Assembly: GCF_006345805.1 (NCBI RefSeq)
Contig: NC_043002.1
Location: forward strand, 38,440,001 to 38,504,000
Direction of reading: 5' to 3'
DNA length: 64,000 nt
Source: Octopus sinensis
Taxonomy: Eukaryota
Part shown: piece by piece, positions 53,219 through 64,000 of the stretch
How positions within the stretch are numbered: the first letter of the stretch is position 1
Layout: each line of letters starts with the position of its first letter
Made by a program: the position numbers and the translations under genes
Notes under the pieces: generated by a model
What the model was told of the DNA's origin: nothing
Databases searched by the model: none
The model's input: only the letters and a program-made list of their open reading frames with translations

Positions 53219-54351
53219 TTACATATCTGGCTATCTATTTTTCTATCTATCTATCTATCTATCACACATAGCCTCCTCCAGAGTAAACAAATACATGCAT
53301 GCGCACACACACACTCACACAGACACACACATGCAAGCATGCGCACACACATACACACATTCACAAAGACACGCGCATGCACTGCATTACACAATGATAC
53401 TTATAGACGTATACATATGAGTGTCGGTGTTTATCTGCGGATACAAAGATTTTTTGATTGCTATCCTTTTAAAGAAAACTTTAAAAAAACGAACCTGACA
53501 GTTTATTGTTAAGAATATACCAAAACATAAGCGAACGAGTAGGGCTAGTCAGATTAAGTAATTTTAAATTGATTCTCCACCATGTAATAATAGCAATAGT
53601 CCTATCTATAAAGGCCTGCCAGACACTACCAAACAAGACATAATAAATAAATTCTATGAGACTTAAGCCGGATGCTGGTTGCTATTCACTAGTTATTGTT
53701 TACCCCCACGACCAAAAGAAAGTAGAGTCGTGACAACCTTTTCAATGAAAACCAATGTTAATATCGACCTAAACATATTATATTATGATATCACAAACTA
53801 GAAACAAATAACTAGATGCAAAACTCCGGAAAGTATCTTAGTTTTATGTAAAAGATTTACTTGACATATCTGGGTAACGGTCGAACGTCATTTAATTTCT
53901 TTGAGCATCACTTATCGTTTCTATGTGACTGAGCGCATGCGTGGGTGTATCTGTGTATGTCTGAGAATTGAAAAGTGAGGTAGAAGGAGGAGAGAGGCGT
54001 GTATGCATTTTCCTTATTACTACCGAAATGAATATAAATGTAAATTTACTTCAACTTTTGAGCCTTTCATCTATTCATAAATTATTGTAATTTTGTCATT
54101 TGAAATCGGAAACTCAGTAAGGCAGACTGGAGTTTAAATACGCATGGTTAATTGTCCAAAATGTAATTAGAAATGTGCACTTATGGAGCTATAAAATAAA
54201 TTCCGAGAATTCCATAATTTCTATCCACTGTAAAATTTTAGATATATATATATATATAAAGGATAACGAGCCCCTTTGGTCATGGAATTGCACCTCGAAA
54301 GTTACCCTCTGAGGCACAAGTCCGGGCAAGGTTGTTTTATGGATGACCAGC

Positions 54352-54524
54352 AGGCGCTATATATACGGCGGACTTCTATCGGTTTCCGTCCCCTAAATCC
54401 ACTCACAAGGCTTTGGTCGACCCGAGGCTACAGTAGAAGACACTTGCCAAAGGTGCCACGCAGTGGGATTGAATCCGGAACCATGTGGTTGATAATGAAG
54501 TTACTTACCACGGAGCCAATCCTG

Positions 54525-54527
<3 letters not shown>
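54352..54527 (-). mobile_element. Family B SINE head half
   Basis: AATCCACTCACAAGGCTTTGGTCGACCCGAGGCTACAGTAGAAGACACTTGCC. Confidence 0.85.
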
Positions 54528-54615
<88 letters not shown>

Positions 54616-54626
54616 TATATATATAT

Positions 54627-54683
<57 letters not shown>

Positions 54684-54686
<3 letters not shown>

Positions 54687-55441
54687 TTATAAATGAGGAC
54701 AAACGAAAAAATTTAAACTTTAAAGGTATTTTTTTAATATGCTGGCCACTGATAAAATTTGTTTCGAAAAAAAAAATTTATCCTACATTAAATATAAATT
54801 TAATAGTGTTCCCTCCCGGACTCCCTCACTCTGTGAGAACCTAAGTTCAAATCGCACGTGTCTCTAATAGGCTGGAGAGTTTCTATTTTGGATGTATGTG
54901 GGGTAATTGTGCTCATGACTTAGTTTTTGCTTCTTCCATGGGTATGAGTAAGTATCTCATTTGTTTCTCTGTCACAATTATCACTGACGAAGAGAGGGCT
55001 CTTACGAGCTAACCCTGAAATCGGTCTGATATGGTAATAATGGAATTTTTTAGAAATTTCTGTCGACCTTTTTTGGAGTAGCGTGCGTACTGTGAAAAAT
55101 TATAATGGTTATGGACAATGTGTCTAATTTTCGGCATATTTCGCATTAGAAAATTTTTCGTTTGCCCTCATTTCTAAGTTGTTTATAAATTTAACCTTTA
55201 AAGGTATTTTTTTATATACTGGCCAATGATAAAATTTTTTCGAAAAAAAAAAATTTATCCTACATTAAATAAAATTTAATAGTGTTCACTTCCGGACTCC
55301 CTCACTCTGTGCGAACCTCAGTTCAAATCGCAAGTGTCTCTAATGGGCTGGAGAGTTTCTATTTTGTATGTATTTGGGGTACTTAGTTGTGCTCATGACT
55401 TAGTTTTTGCTTCTTCGAAAAAAAAAGTTTATCCTACATTA
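54684..55441 (+). mobile_element. Non-autonomous PLE pseudo-LTR/retrozyme-like element: 478-bp partial tandem with inverted 5' segment
   Basis: 54709-54936 repeats at 55187-55416 (offset 478); 54684-54710 is the reverse complement of 55154-55180; third short copy 55417-55441; no ORF. Confidence 0.88.
54979..55031 (+). ncRNA. Type I hammerhead ribozyme motif (GUC site; predicted cleavage after 55026)
   Basis: UAUCA-CUGACGA-[AGAGAGGGCUCUUACGAGCUAACCCU]-GAAA-UCGG-UC-UGAUA; helix II AGGG/CCCU plus CUC-UUAC-GAG. Confidence 0.85.
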
Positions 55442-55749
55442 TATATATATATATATATAATTCCAATCTGAAATATACAACATGAATTGCAGATCCTTTC
55501 ATTTCCAAAAAACAAAACCGTGTGTCACTGTGTGTATGTGTGTGTGGGTGTGTGCGCGTGTGTGATCTTGCGCGCGTGTGTGTGTGGGTGTGGGTGTTTC
55601 TTTGCGCTTAGCCGTCATTCATACGTTGGTATAATATGACTGATTTTTACCACGCTTTTCTTAATTGATATGGATGCCAAAGTATTCGCCGACAGATGCA
55701 AATACTCTCTCGATTCATTGCAACAGTGATGTTGAGACAACTGGCTTTA

Positions 55750-56992
55750 CAGTAGCGGCCATAATATAAATGTCTGTGAGAACAAGTGTATTGAAATAGT
55801 TATTATAAAAGATTCACTATGCCTTGAGACTTGATATTTTACACATCTTAAATATATCTAATATCTATCTATCGTGAAACTTTCAAGTCAATGGAATACA
55901 TATTTCGTAAGATATGACGAAATAAACATACAATCTTCCTGATTGCAGCGGCCAAAAGTTAAGGGTCACTAAGAAAAACTGGGCTACTAATGGACTGTTA
56001 ATGGGCTAATAGTTACTTCTTATGATCTTGCATTATTAAAACATTCAACTTTCAACATTGCGGCTTGTGAGAAACGACCGGTGTCCTGTGATGATAATAA
56101 ACCTCTGACCTCCAAGAAAAATCAAAGAACCCGTCTTCGCTTCGCAAAAGAATATTTCGTTTGGACAGAAGAACAGTGGTCGCAGGTTCATTTTAGCGAT
56201 GAATCGAAGTTTAATGTGATTGGTTACGATGGTGGAATGTACGTCCAACGAGGAAGTGGCGAAAGGTTATCTCGTGCGTGCATGTGTGAAGAAGAAGTAA
56301 AATATTGAGGAGGCAGTGTAAAGGTATGGTGAGTGATCTCTGTTGCTGGTCCACTTATTCGCCTACAAGGGACTGTCAATGCTGAAATCTACAAGCAGAT
56401 TCTTAGACAGCAAGCCCTGCCACATCTCCGATCCTCGTCAGTTCAATTTTCGTGCAGGACAACGCTCCCTGTCACACAGCGAAGAGAGTCAAAGACTTTT
56501 TGAGTGATGAAGGGATTGATCTCATGGACTAGCCACCTCAACCCTATAGTAAACGTTTGAAAGATTATTGGAGATAGACCGCGAAGGAGAAATCCAACGA
56601 ACCAAGATGAACTCTGGGAATTATCGAAAACGTATGGAACAATGTTACTCCATCATTTTGCAACAAATCAATTTAGTCCTGTAATAACAGATGTCAGGAA
56701 GTTATTGATAGTAAAGGGGTGTTCACAAAATATTAAAAATAAGTGTTTCTTGCTTCTGTTCTTGAACCCTTTTTCATTGTTAGTCTTGGGCGTTGCAGTT
56801 AAGAAGATTATTAGTTTACTTCCTCATAACTTACGTAATATTCATACCATTCATTTGACATGTTCACAAAAGATAGATATTAGATATATCTAAATATGTG
56901 TAAAATATCTAGTCTCAACGATTTGTTACGCTTCTATAATAAATATTTTAATACACTTGTTCTTACTGACCTTTATATTATGGCCGCTACTG
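55750..56992 (+). mobile_element. Tc1-like element with ~130-bp TIRs, TA TSD and decayed DDE transposase
   Basis: TA|CAGTAGCGGCCATAATATAAA...TTTATATTATGGCCGCTACTG|TA; WSQVHFSDESKF, QDNAPCHTAK motifs. Confidence 0.93.
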
Positions 56993-59722
56993 TAATAGCA
57001 GTTGGCTGGCACTTAATATATTCTGAATAGATTATAGCAACCTAGAATGAAGTGCCTTACTCAAGAACTCACCTCACGGCTGATCGTAAGCCTAACATTC
57101 TAACTACCGAACATAACGCTTTTATATGTAACCACATTTCTTCCCTTCTATCAGCGTACAAAAAAATTGTGACAGCGGGTTTCCTGAGGGATCATTTCAG
57201 AGTTTGATGATCGCTCCGTAGAGAAGACGTGCGCAGATTTCTTACCCAGTCAATAGCACAATAATTTCCTCTGCCTTCTCGCATTTTAACGTTTTTATAA
57301 TTCGTCATTTTGCATATTTACGTATTAATTCACATTGTTGCTTCAATGGTGTAAGCATTTTTGTCTCAATGGTAACTGAAAAGTGTATGGACAGACTTAG
57401 TTGTGGTATAGTGTTATATCAATGTGTGTATGCGTAAATTTATGCATGTATGTTTGTGCATGCGTGTGTGTGTGTGTGTTTGTGTGTATGCGGGCATAAG
57501 TGTGTGTGTGTCTATCTGTCGGTGTGTGTGTGTTTGTGTGTGTGTGTCTATCTGTCGGTGTGTGTGTGTTTGTGTGTGTGTGTGTGGCTGTCTGTCTGTG
57601 CGTGTGCGAGCGTAAGTGTATACACACTTTATATCACACTAAACTGAAACTTGCTTCAGTTCAAGAGTTGAAGGGGAAACGGAAAGATATTACACAAAAA
57701 CGTTATAGAGATGTACAAATTTATATTTTATCAACTTTTCCATTGTTTCAAGTGATAAGTTTAGTTGTAATAAATACTCCACTTTAAAAAACTGAACACC
57801 ACAATTTTCAATTACATTCTGACAAAAAGAAAAATATTTCATTAGAGAAAAAAAAAAGCAGATCGAGTCTGATGTTATTTATTTTTAACATGTATAATAT
57901 ATTAAACAACTCCAGTATTTTTCGGTTTAAGTCTTCAATCTGCTATGTGAGTCCCATCACTACACATTATACCTTTAGTGGCAGCTTATAAAAATTTTAA
58001 AAATCTCATTACAAAATATCTTATTCCAATTTAATTTCTATTTCTTACAGTACGAATAGAACTTAACGGAGAGTAATGAGCCACCTATTATTTCAGTTTT
58101 AGTGTTATGTACGTCCAAAGAGTGAACTAAGTGAGAACTAAAATGAATTATTAACAAGAATGTCATCTTACCTGCACATTCTACTTCGTTTCAACGACTG
58201 GCTAGAAACTATGCAAATTAATATATACATACGTATACCTAACAATTTGCCTGTTCTTATAAGATGGAAGACTAAAAGGAAGTCTTTCATTGATGGTATG
58301 CTATATATTGCTGCTTGAGAATTCGCTGGTTACACACTCAAAAAATATTCATTATATCTCACCCTAGTATTGCTGAAAATTATTAAATAACGAGATGAAA
58401 TAGGCTTATATATGAAGTTAACGATGCAAAAATCCGTGTCCAAAAATGAGTGCGGTTAGTGATAACTAAAATTGGATTCTAACATCGATTAACAAATTTT
58501 GCAGGATGATTGAAAATCGATAAACCGACATGAGTATTCCGCCGATTAGTATTGAACTCGGAATGCTAAACAGCAAATTCAACCTCAGTTGGATTTCAAT
58601 CCAGAATGTAGTAGGTCAGTTATAAAAATACTGTGAAGTAGTACGAGGCTTAAAGATTGTGCTACTCCATCGCTCTTGATAATGGTAACTAATACCAGAA
58701 AAGTAGTGATTTTTATAACATATCTTAGTGTCGACAATTGAAAAGTGTATCCGGTAGAAAATCGACCTAATTTATTTTATTACAGCTAAAGTTCTCGAAT
58801 GAATTCTGTTTTGGAGACAATAATAATATCTGATTTAGCAAAATTGATTCTATATTATATTTATTTAGAGATGGCATCAATACCTAAATCGCATGGAAAA
58901 TGTTCGCTCTACAAGGTTTATACGACAAATTCGGCTATTACTTTATCCTTACATGTCATTTGGAATCAAATTCAATTTGCCATTTGATGGAATGTTCTAT
59001 TTCGCATGTTTATAACTTCTAAGCCTGCAGCGTTGTGCCGTGCATTTTAATTACTTTCTCGCCTAAAAACACAATCTAAACATGTTCGCTTTCTGTTTTT
59101 ATGTCGAAGCCATTCCCGCGGTTAAAGTGAATTTATGATAAATCTTCTTCCCATCTTACACTCAGCACATCGCTTTTACAGATTAGTGAGAGAAAATTGG
59201 CGGCAGTCATGAACTTTTTAAGACTTCTATAATGCTGCAAAAATTTGGGAAGACACCGCAACTCAAGGGTTTGTCGTAGTAGGAAGCAATAAATAAAAAT
59301 AATGAGTTTTCCTCGGGTTAGAGATCTCATAAGTTTCAAAATGTTAAGAACTTCCGAAGTTTTCATTAAAAAACACCAAGAGTGATATGCACATATAGAG
59401 AAACCACATAAGAAGAATTAAAATTAAGGCCAGATGAACGCTACAGTATAAAGCAGAAAACAGTGTATTAGAAGTGTGTCAGGGAGTAGGAGGAAGATCG
59501 TTCGTTTAAGCCCATCGATGACATGGTTACACACTTGAATGAGATACGACATTCCGTAGGTATTCTTGAGTGTGCCGTCTCATGATGTGCAACGTTGTCT
59601 TTGGGAAAAGTCATCCCTCGCCATATCTCTTTCTTTATTACCCACCAGGGGGCGACACAGAGGGGGACACCACAAGACATGGGGACATAGAACATTACAA
59701 TTAAATTTATGAAGAATGAGTT

Positions 59723-59940
59723 ATTACATCCCTCGCCATATCGCGGTTCACCTATTGTGATTTATTATTTAAAGCTTACGTTGTGGTCTTGATTTGCATC
59801 TGTAATAAAATAAATATATGCAAATTATAAAAATAGTAAATAAAAAAAAAATACAGCACAGTACTGTTTCTACTTCGCGGATTTTCACCTATCGCGGGGT
59901 TGGGGTTGGAACGTAACACGCGATAATCGAGGAATTACTG
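59723..59940. mobile_element. Tigger/pogo-like MITE, same family as 9070-9289
   Basis: ATCCCTCGCCATATCGCGGTTCACCTAT...CGAGGAATTACTG|TA. Confidence 0.8.
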
Positions 59941-60221
59941 TACTCCACTATGATTCCTATTCTTTCTACCTACGAAAGGTAATGGCTCAAAACTTGGCAA
60001 CAATTGTCCAGCTGCACTCACTTCTAAACTTTAGAAGACGAAGGAAACGGCTTTTAAGAACAAATTGCCCCAACACCTTTATCTTTTTTAATCTCTCTCG
60101 GTACAGGCCTCAGATAAACATATATACAGTCACAGCCAAACGCACACACACACGCACACACACACACATATGCGCGTGCACGCACACACATACGTACATA
60201 TGCGTGTATGTATATACGAAC

Positions 60222-60410
<189 letters not shown>

Positions 60411-60935
60411 TAACGCAGATGTGCAGAACTTACGAAAAACAATCACATAGAAACTCTGAGGAATAATGTGCTTGTAGCATGCGTTATTGATAGCGTATTA
60501 TGTTGAATACCAAAGTATAATAGTACCCGACGTACACCTGTTCGTAATATAATAAATTAACTTTTGAGATGATACCCTAATTGATGTCATATTTCTTATA
60601 ACATTTGTTGTCAATTCGCCAAAACTTCGTTCTTGATGTTAATCAAATGACACTTATTCTGGTCCATTCATCACCGTTGATTCATCTGTACTATATAAAT
60701 GAATGTGAAGTCGTGATTGATAAAGCGTTAACATCCCCAATCAATTACATCATACGATGTATACTTGTTTTATTGTTCTCTATTAACTGTTAATCACTCG
60801 TCATTCCATCCGTCTTTCTCACCACTCATTCATCAACCTGTTCACATTTCTATTCTATAAATATTCTTACCACTTCGTTTTACAATACTTCTGCGACCCC
60901 TATCTCGACATTTACTTGCACCCTTTTCCTCCCAC

Positions 60936-60980
<45 letters not shown>

Positions 60981-61424
60981 GTTCTCCTCCTTACTTTCTG
61001 TATCTTTCATAGATATTCAGTAAGTCTTTTGGTGTCCCTGTTCTCTTTTCTAATCGTATTTTCCCCTTCATTTCTTAAAATGCATTTTTTCTCCTCGCTT
61101 GAATGTAAGTCTTTGCGCATGCACAATCACCATGGTGTCATGGTAAAAGTCTTCAATATGCCCTGCGAAACTGGTTCGTTATTTAATATTCTTTCTTCAA
61201 TTATTTCTCCGAACTACTCATCGCTTACTGACCAATTAAAACGTATACCTTCTCTCTCCTCCAAATATACATAGATTTGAATATGGATTGCCTATCTCCA
61301 GTCCACTGCAAGACAAAATCTTCAGCATGTTTTCCGCTTAGATCATATTGGTTTGATAAGCCTACTTTGATAAACTGGTTTGAGCGACACGTCTTAGCAA
61401 AGGTGCATAGTTTTTCTACTCTTA

Positions 61425-61600
61425 CTCAGGAGTAGTTAAGTCGATGACATTTACTCCAATAATCGCCTGGTACTAGTTTCATCAACCTTGAACAGATGAA
61501 ACGCAAAGTCGACCTCGGCGAAATATAAACTTACAAAATAAAAAGAGACGAAATACCTCCAAGCATTTTGCTCGGCGTGCAAAACCATTCTGCCAGCTCA
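61425..61600 (-). mobile_element. Degenerate family A SINE
   Basis: GATGAAACGCAAAGTCGACCTCGGCGAAAT is the reverse complement of the SINE A core. Confidence 0.7.
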
Positions 61601-61799
61601 TATATATCTTAGGTAAGGTAATATCGTAGGGTAAGAAGGCAAAGTATTTCCAAGAGAGAAGCACTACACCCGAGTTCTAGGCGATCAACAATGTCCGGTT
61701 CCAGAGAGTAAAACCGTTGTATGGGGTTGGCGAAAAGTAAACTTTCATCCAAATAATAATAAGACAAGGAAATCCTTTGACACATCTTTAAGATGTACT

Positions 61800-62195
61800 T
61801 TTTTACTCTTTTACTTGTTTCAGCCATTTGACTGCGGCCATGCTGGAGCACCGCCTTTAGTCGAAGAAATCGACCTCAGGATTTATTCTTTGTAAGCCTA
61901 GTACTTATTGCCGAACCGCTAAGTTACAGGGACGTAAACACATCAGCATCGATTGTCAAGAGATGCTGGAGGACAAACCAGACACACAAATATACACACA
62001 CACATATACATATATATATATATATACACATATATACACATATATACACATATATCAGTTTCCTAATCCACTCACTAGGTTTTTATCGGCCCGAGGCTAT
62101 AGTAGAAGACACTTACCCAAAGTACCACGCAGTGGGACTGAACCCGAAAAATGTGGTTGGTAAGCAAGCTACTTACAACACAGCCATTCCTCCGC
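61800..62195 (-). mobile_element. Family B SINE
   Basis: Same blocks as 13924-14330. Confidence 0.88.
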
Positions 62196-64000
62196 CTAAA
62201 CCCCGAACACATATACTCCCCATTCCCTCCCTCCTTCCCAGCCTTCCTCCATACCCACTACCCATCCTACTTCTATCCCATCTACTCCAACTATTTCTAT
62301 CTCATCGACCCCTTCTCTGCTTCAGTCCGTTGTTACCATTCCTCCAGATCTTCCCCCTTCTGAGGCGGAACGCCCCCTCTTCAGTAGGGGATCTGCGCTT
62401 CATCCTCCTCACTCCACCTGCATCTAATGAGGAAGACTGCTTCACTGACCTGGGTCGCCGACCATCCCAGTGGACGCCAGCTCCTGGTCAGTTCCAAGCA
62501 GTCGATCTTTTTGCGGGCGCCTACCAAGGCGTTGCGGACCGGTTTAACTTTTCCAGGCGTCCCCGTCATTTCAACATCTCCCCAGCCGAACTCTCGGCCC
62601 TTCGATATCTCAACCTGCAACTGTCCCACCGAACTCATCTTCAGATATATTGATAGTGCCCTTGCCCTCCTCGTGGTTTCCCTCCCCTCTCACATTCATG
62701 ACACCAACCATGTGCTTCATTTGTTCAACTCTTTCTCCTTCCCTCCTGGCCCTTCTAACCTTCTCTTCACTCTCGACATCCAGATCCTTTACACGGTAAT
62801 TCCTTAACCTACTACCCAATGACCAATCAGTCGCATCCACACTCGGTCGTCTAGCCGAACTTGTCCTTTCACTCAACTGTTCTCGTTCACTGGTGATTTT
62901 TACCAGCAGATTTCCGCGAGTCTCCATGGGAACCAGAAAGGGCTCCGACTATGCGAGCCACTTCATTGGCTACCTTGAGGCCCAAATATTCTCAAGTTTT
63001 ACTGGTCCTACTCTCGAACTATACCGCCGTTATATTGACGACTGTATCGGTGCGACTTCACTCTCCCGCGAACAACTGGACTCTTCCGATCTTTTGTCAA
63101 ATCTTCCCCTTCTGCCCTTCACTTCTCCTGCAATATCTCTGACACCTCTATCTCCTTTCTTGACATTTCAGCCGGCATTCATCGCTCCAGTCTCACCACC
63201 TTTATCCATTAAAAACACTCAGACTCACACTCATACCTCAACTTCTCTTCCTCCAGCCCTAAGCACACCAAGCTTCCTATCCCCTATTCCCAATTCCTCC
63301 GTCTAAAGAGGCTCTGCAGTGACGACCATGACTTTGCGACTCAGTCTCAACTCATTGCTCACCACTTCATCCTACGTGGATATTCCCTCATCACTATCCA
63401 CACCGCCCTTGCCAGAGCACGTTCCGTGGACCGTGCATCTGCTCTCTTCCCCGCACCCGGCCTGCGGTCTCACGTCTCCCGTTTCTTTTCCCCTACCACC
63501 ACACCACCCTACCTTTCAAGCACACCATTCCCCGAGCCTTCGGCATCTCCAGTCCGACCACTCCAATTCGTACATCTTCCCTGACCGACCTCTTTCCTCC
63601 TTCAAAGGAGCCCACTACCTATGAGACCTCTTGACCCACAGCTTTTTCCCTAACCCAACGTCACAACCCAGCTCGTTCACCTGCTCCCACCCACGCTACC
63701 ACACTTCCCCTTACCTTTCCAACACCACCCCCTCACTGGCACCCATCATCGACCCTATCATATCCCCGACTCCTTCACCTGCACTTCCACCAATGTCATC
63801 TACTGCATCTCCTACTCTCTCTACTCTTCTCTATACATCGGGCAAACGGGACGCCTCCGAGACATCCGACTCGGCAATGACAACTCGGTCTTGCGCCATT
63901 TCCGCTCTACCGATCCTTCTTTGCAACACCTGTCTGTGTTCTGAATGTCCTTGTCCAGGGGCCATCCGGACTCCCTTTTTCGCCGTGAACAGGGATTAAT
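62195..64000 (+). mobile_element. Penelope-like retroelement (RT plus GIY-YIG), frameshifted, runs off the window
   Basis: FTLDIQILYTVIP, VSMGTRKGSDYA, YRRYIDDC (YIDD at 63031-63042), VIYCI (63795-63809) and YIGQT (63834-63848). Confidence 0.93.

Noticed and set aside
59133-59366. 77-aa minus-strand ORF in non-repetitive DNA
   Set aside because: No recognisable motif; length is within chance for this composition.
60450-60505. CUGAGGA followed by a hairpin and GAUA-GCG-UA
   Set aside because: No GAAA and no helix I.

Overview
Eukaryotic, AT-rich, microsatellite-dense DNA. I could not support any host-gene exon. The SINE families and repeat landscape look like an Octopus genome (inference from recognised SINE sequence, no search run). 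The window is almost entirely transposon debris: R4/Dong-like REL retrotransposons stacked in (TAA)n, RTE LINE fragments, several tRNA-derived SINE families, mariner/Tc1/maT/hAT/Tigger/Helitron remnants, and two coding Penelope-like element (PLE) remnants. The main result is a set of small, ORF-less elements carrying type I hammerhead ribozyme (HHR) motifs. I count 9 motifs from 6 distinct sequence families, 8 of them between 15.0 and 22.5 kb, plus one degenerate candidate. Each family has its own self-complementary helix III. They occur as ~480-bp partial tandems with an inverted end segment or as fold-back palindromes with one HHR on each strand. Two families carry non-canonical cores (U3-A8 and C4) shared by both arms. 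This looks like a diverse population of non-autonomous PLE pseudo-LTR/retrozyme-like elements. All alignments, folds and coordinates were worked out by eye; boundaries of degenerate elements are approximate.
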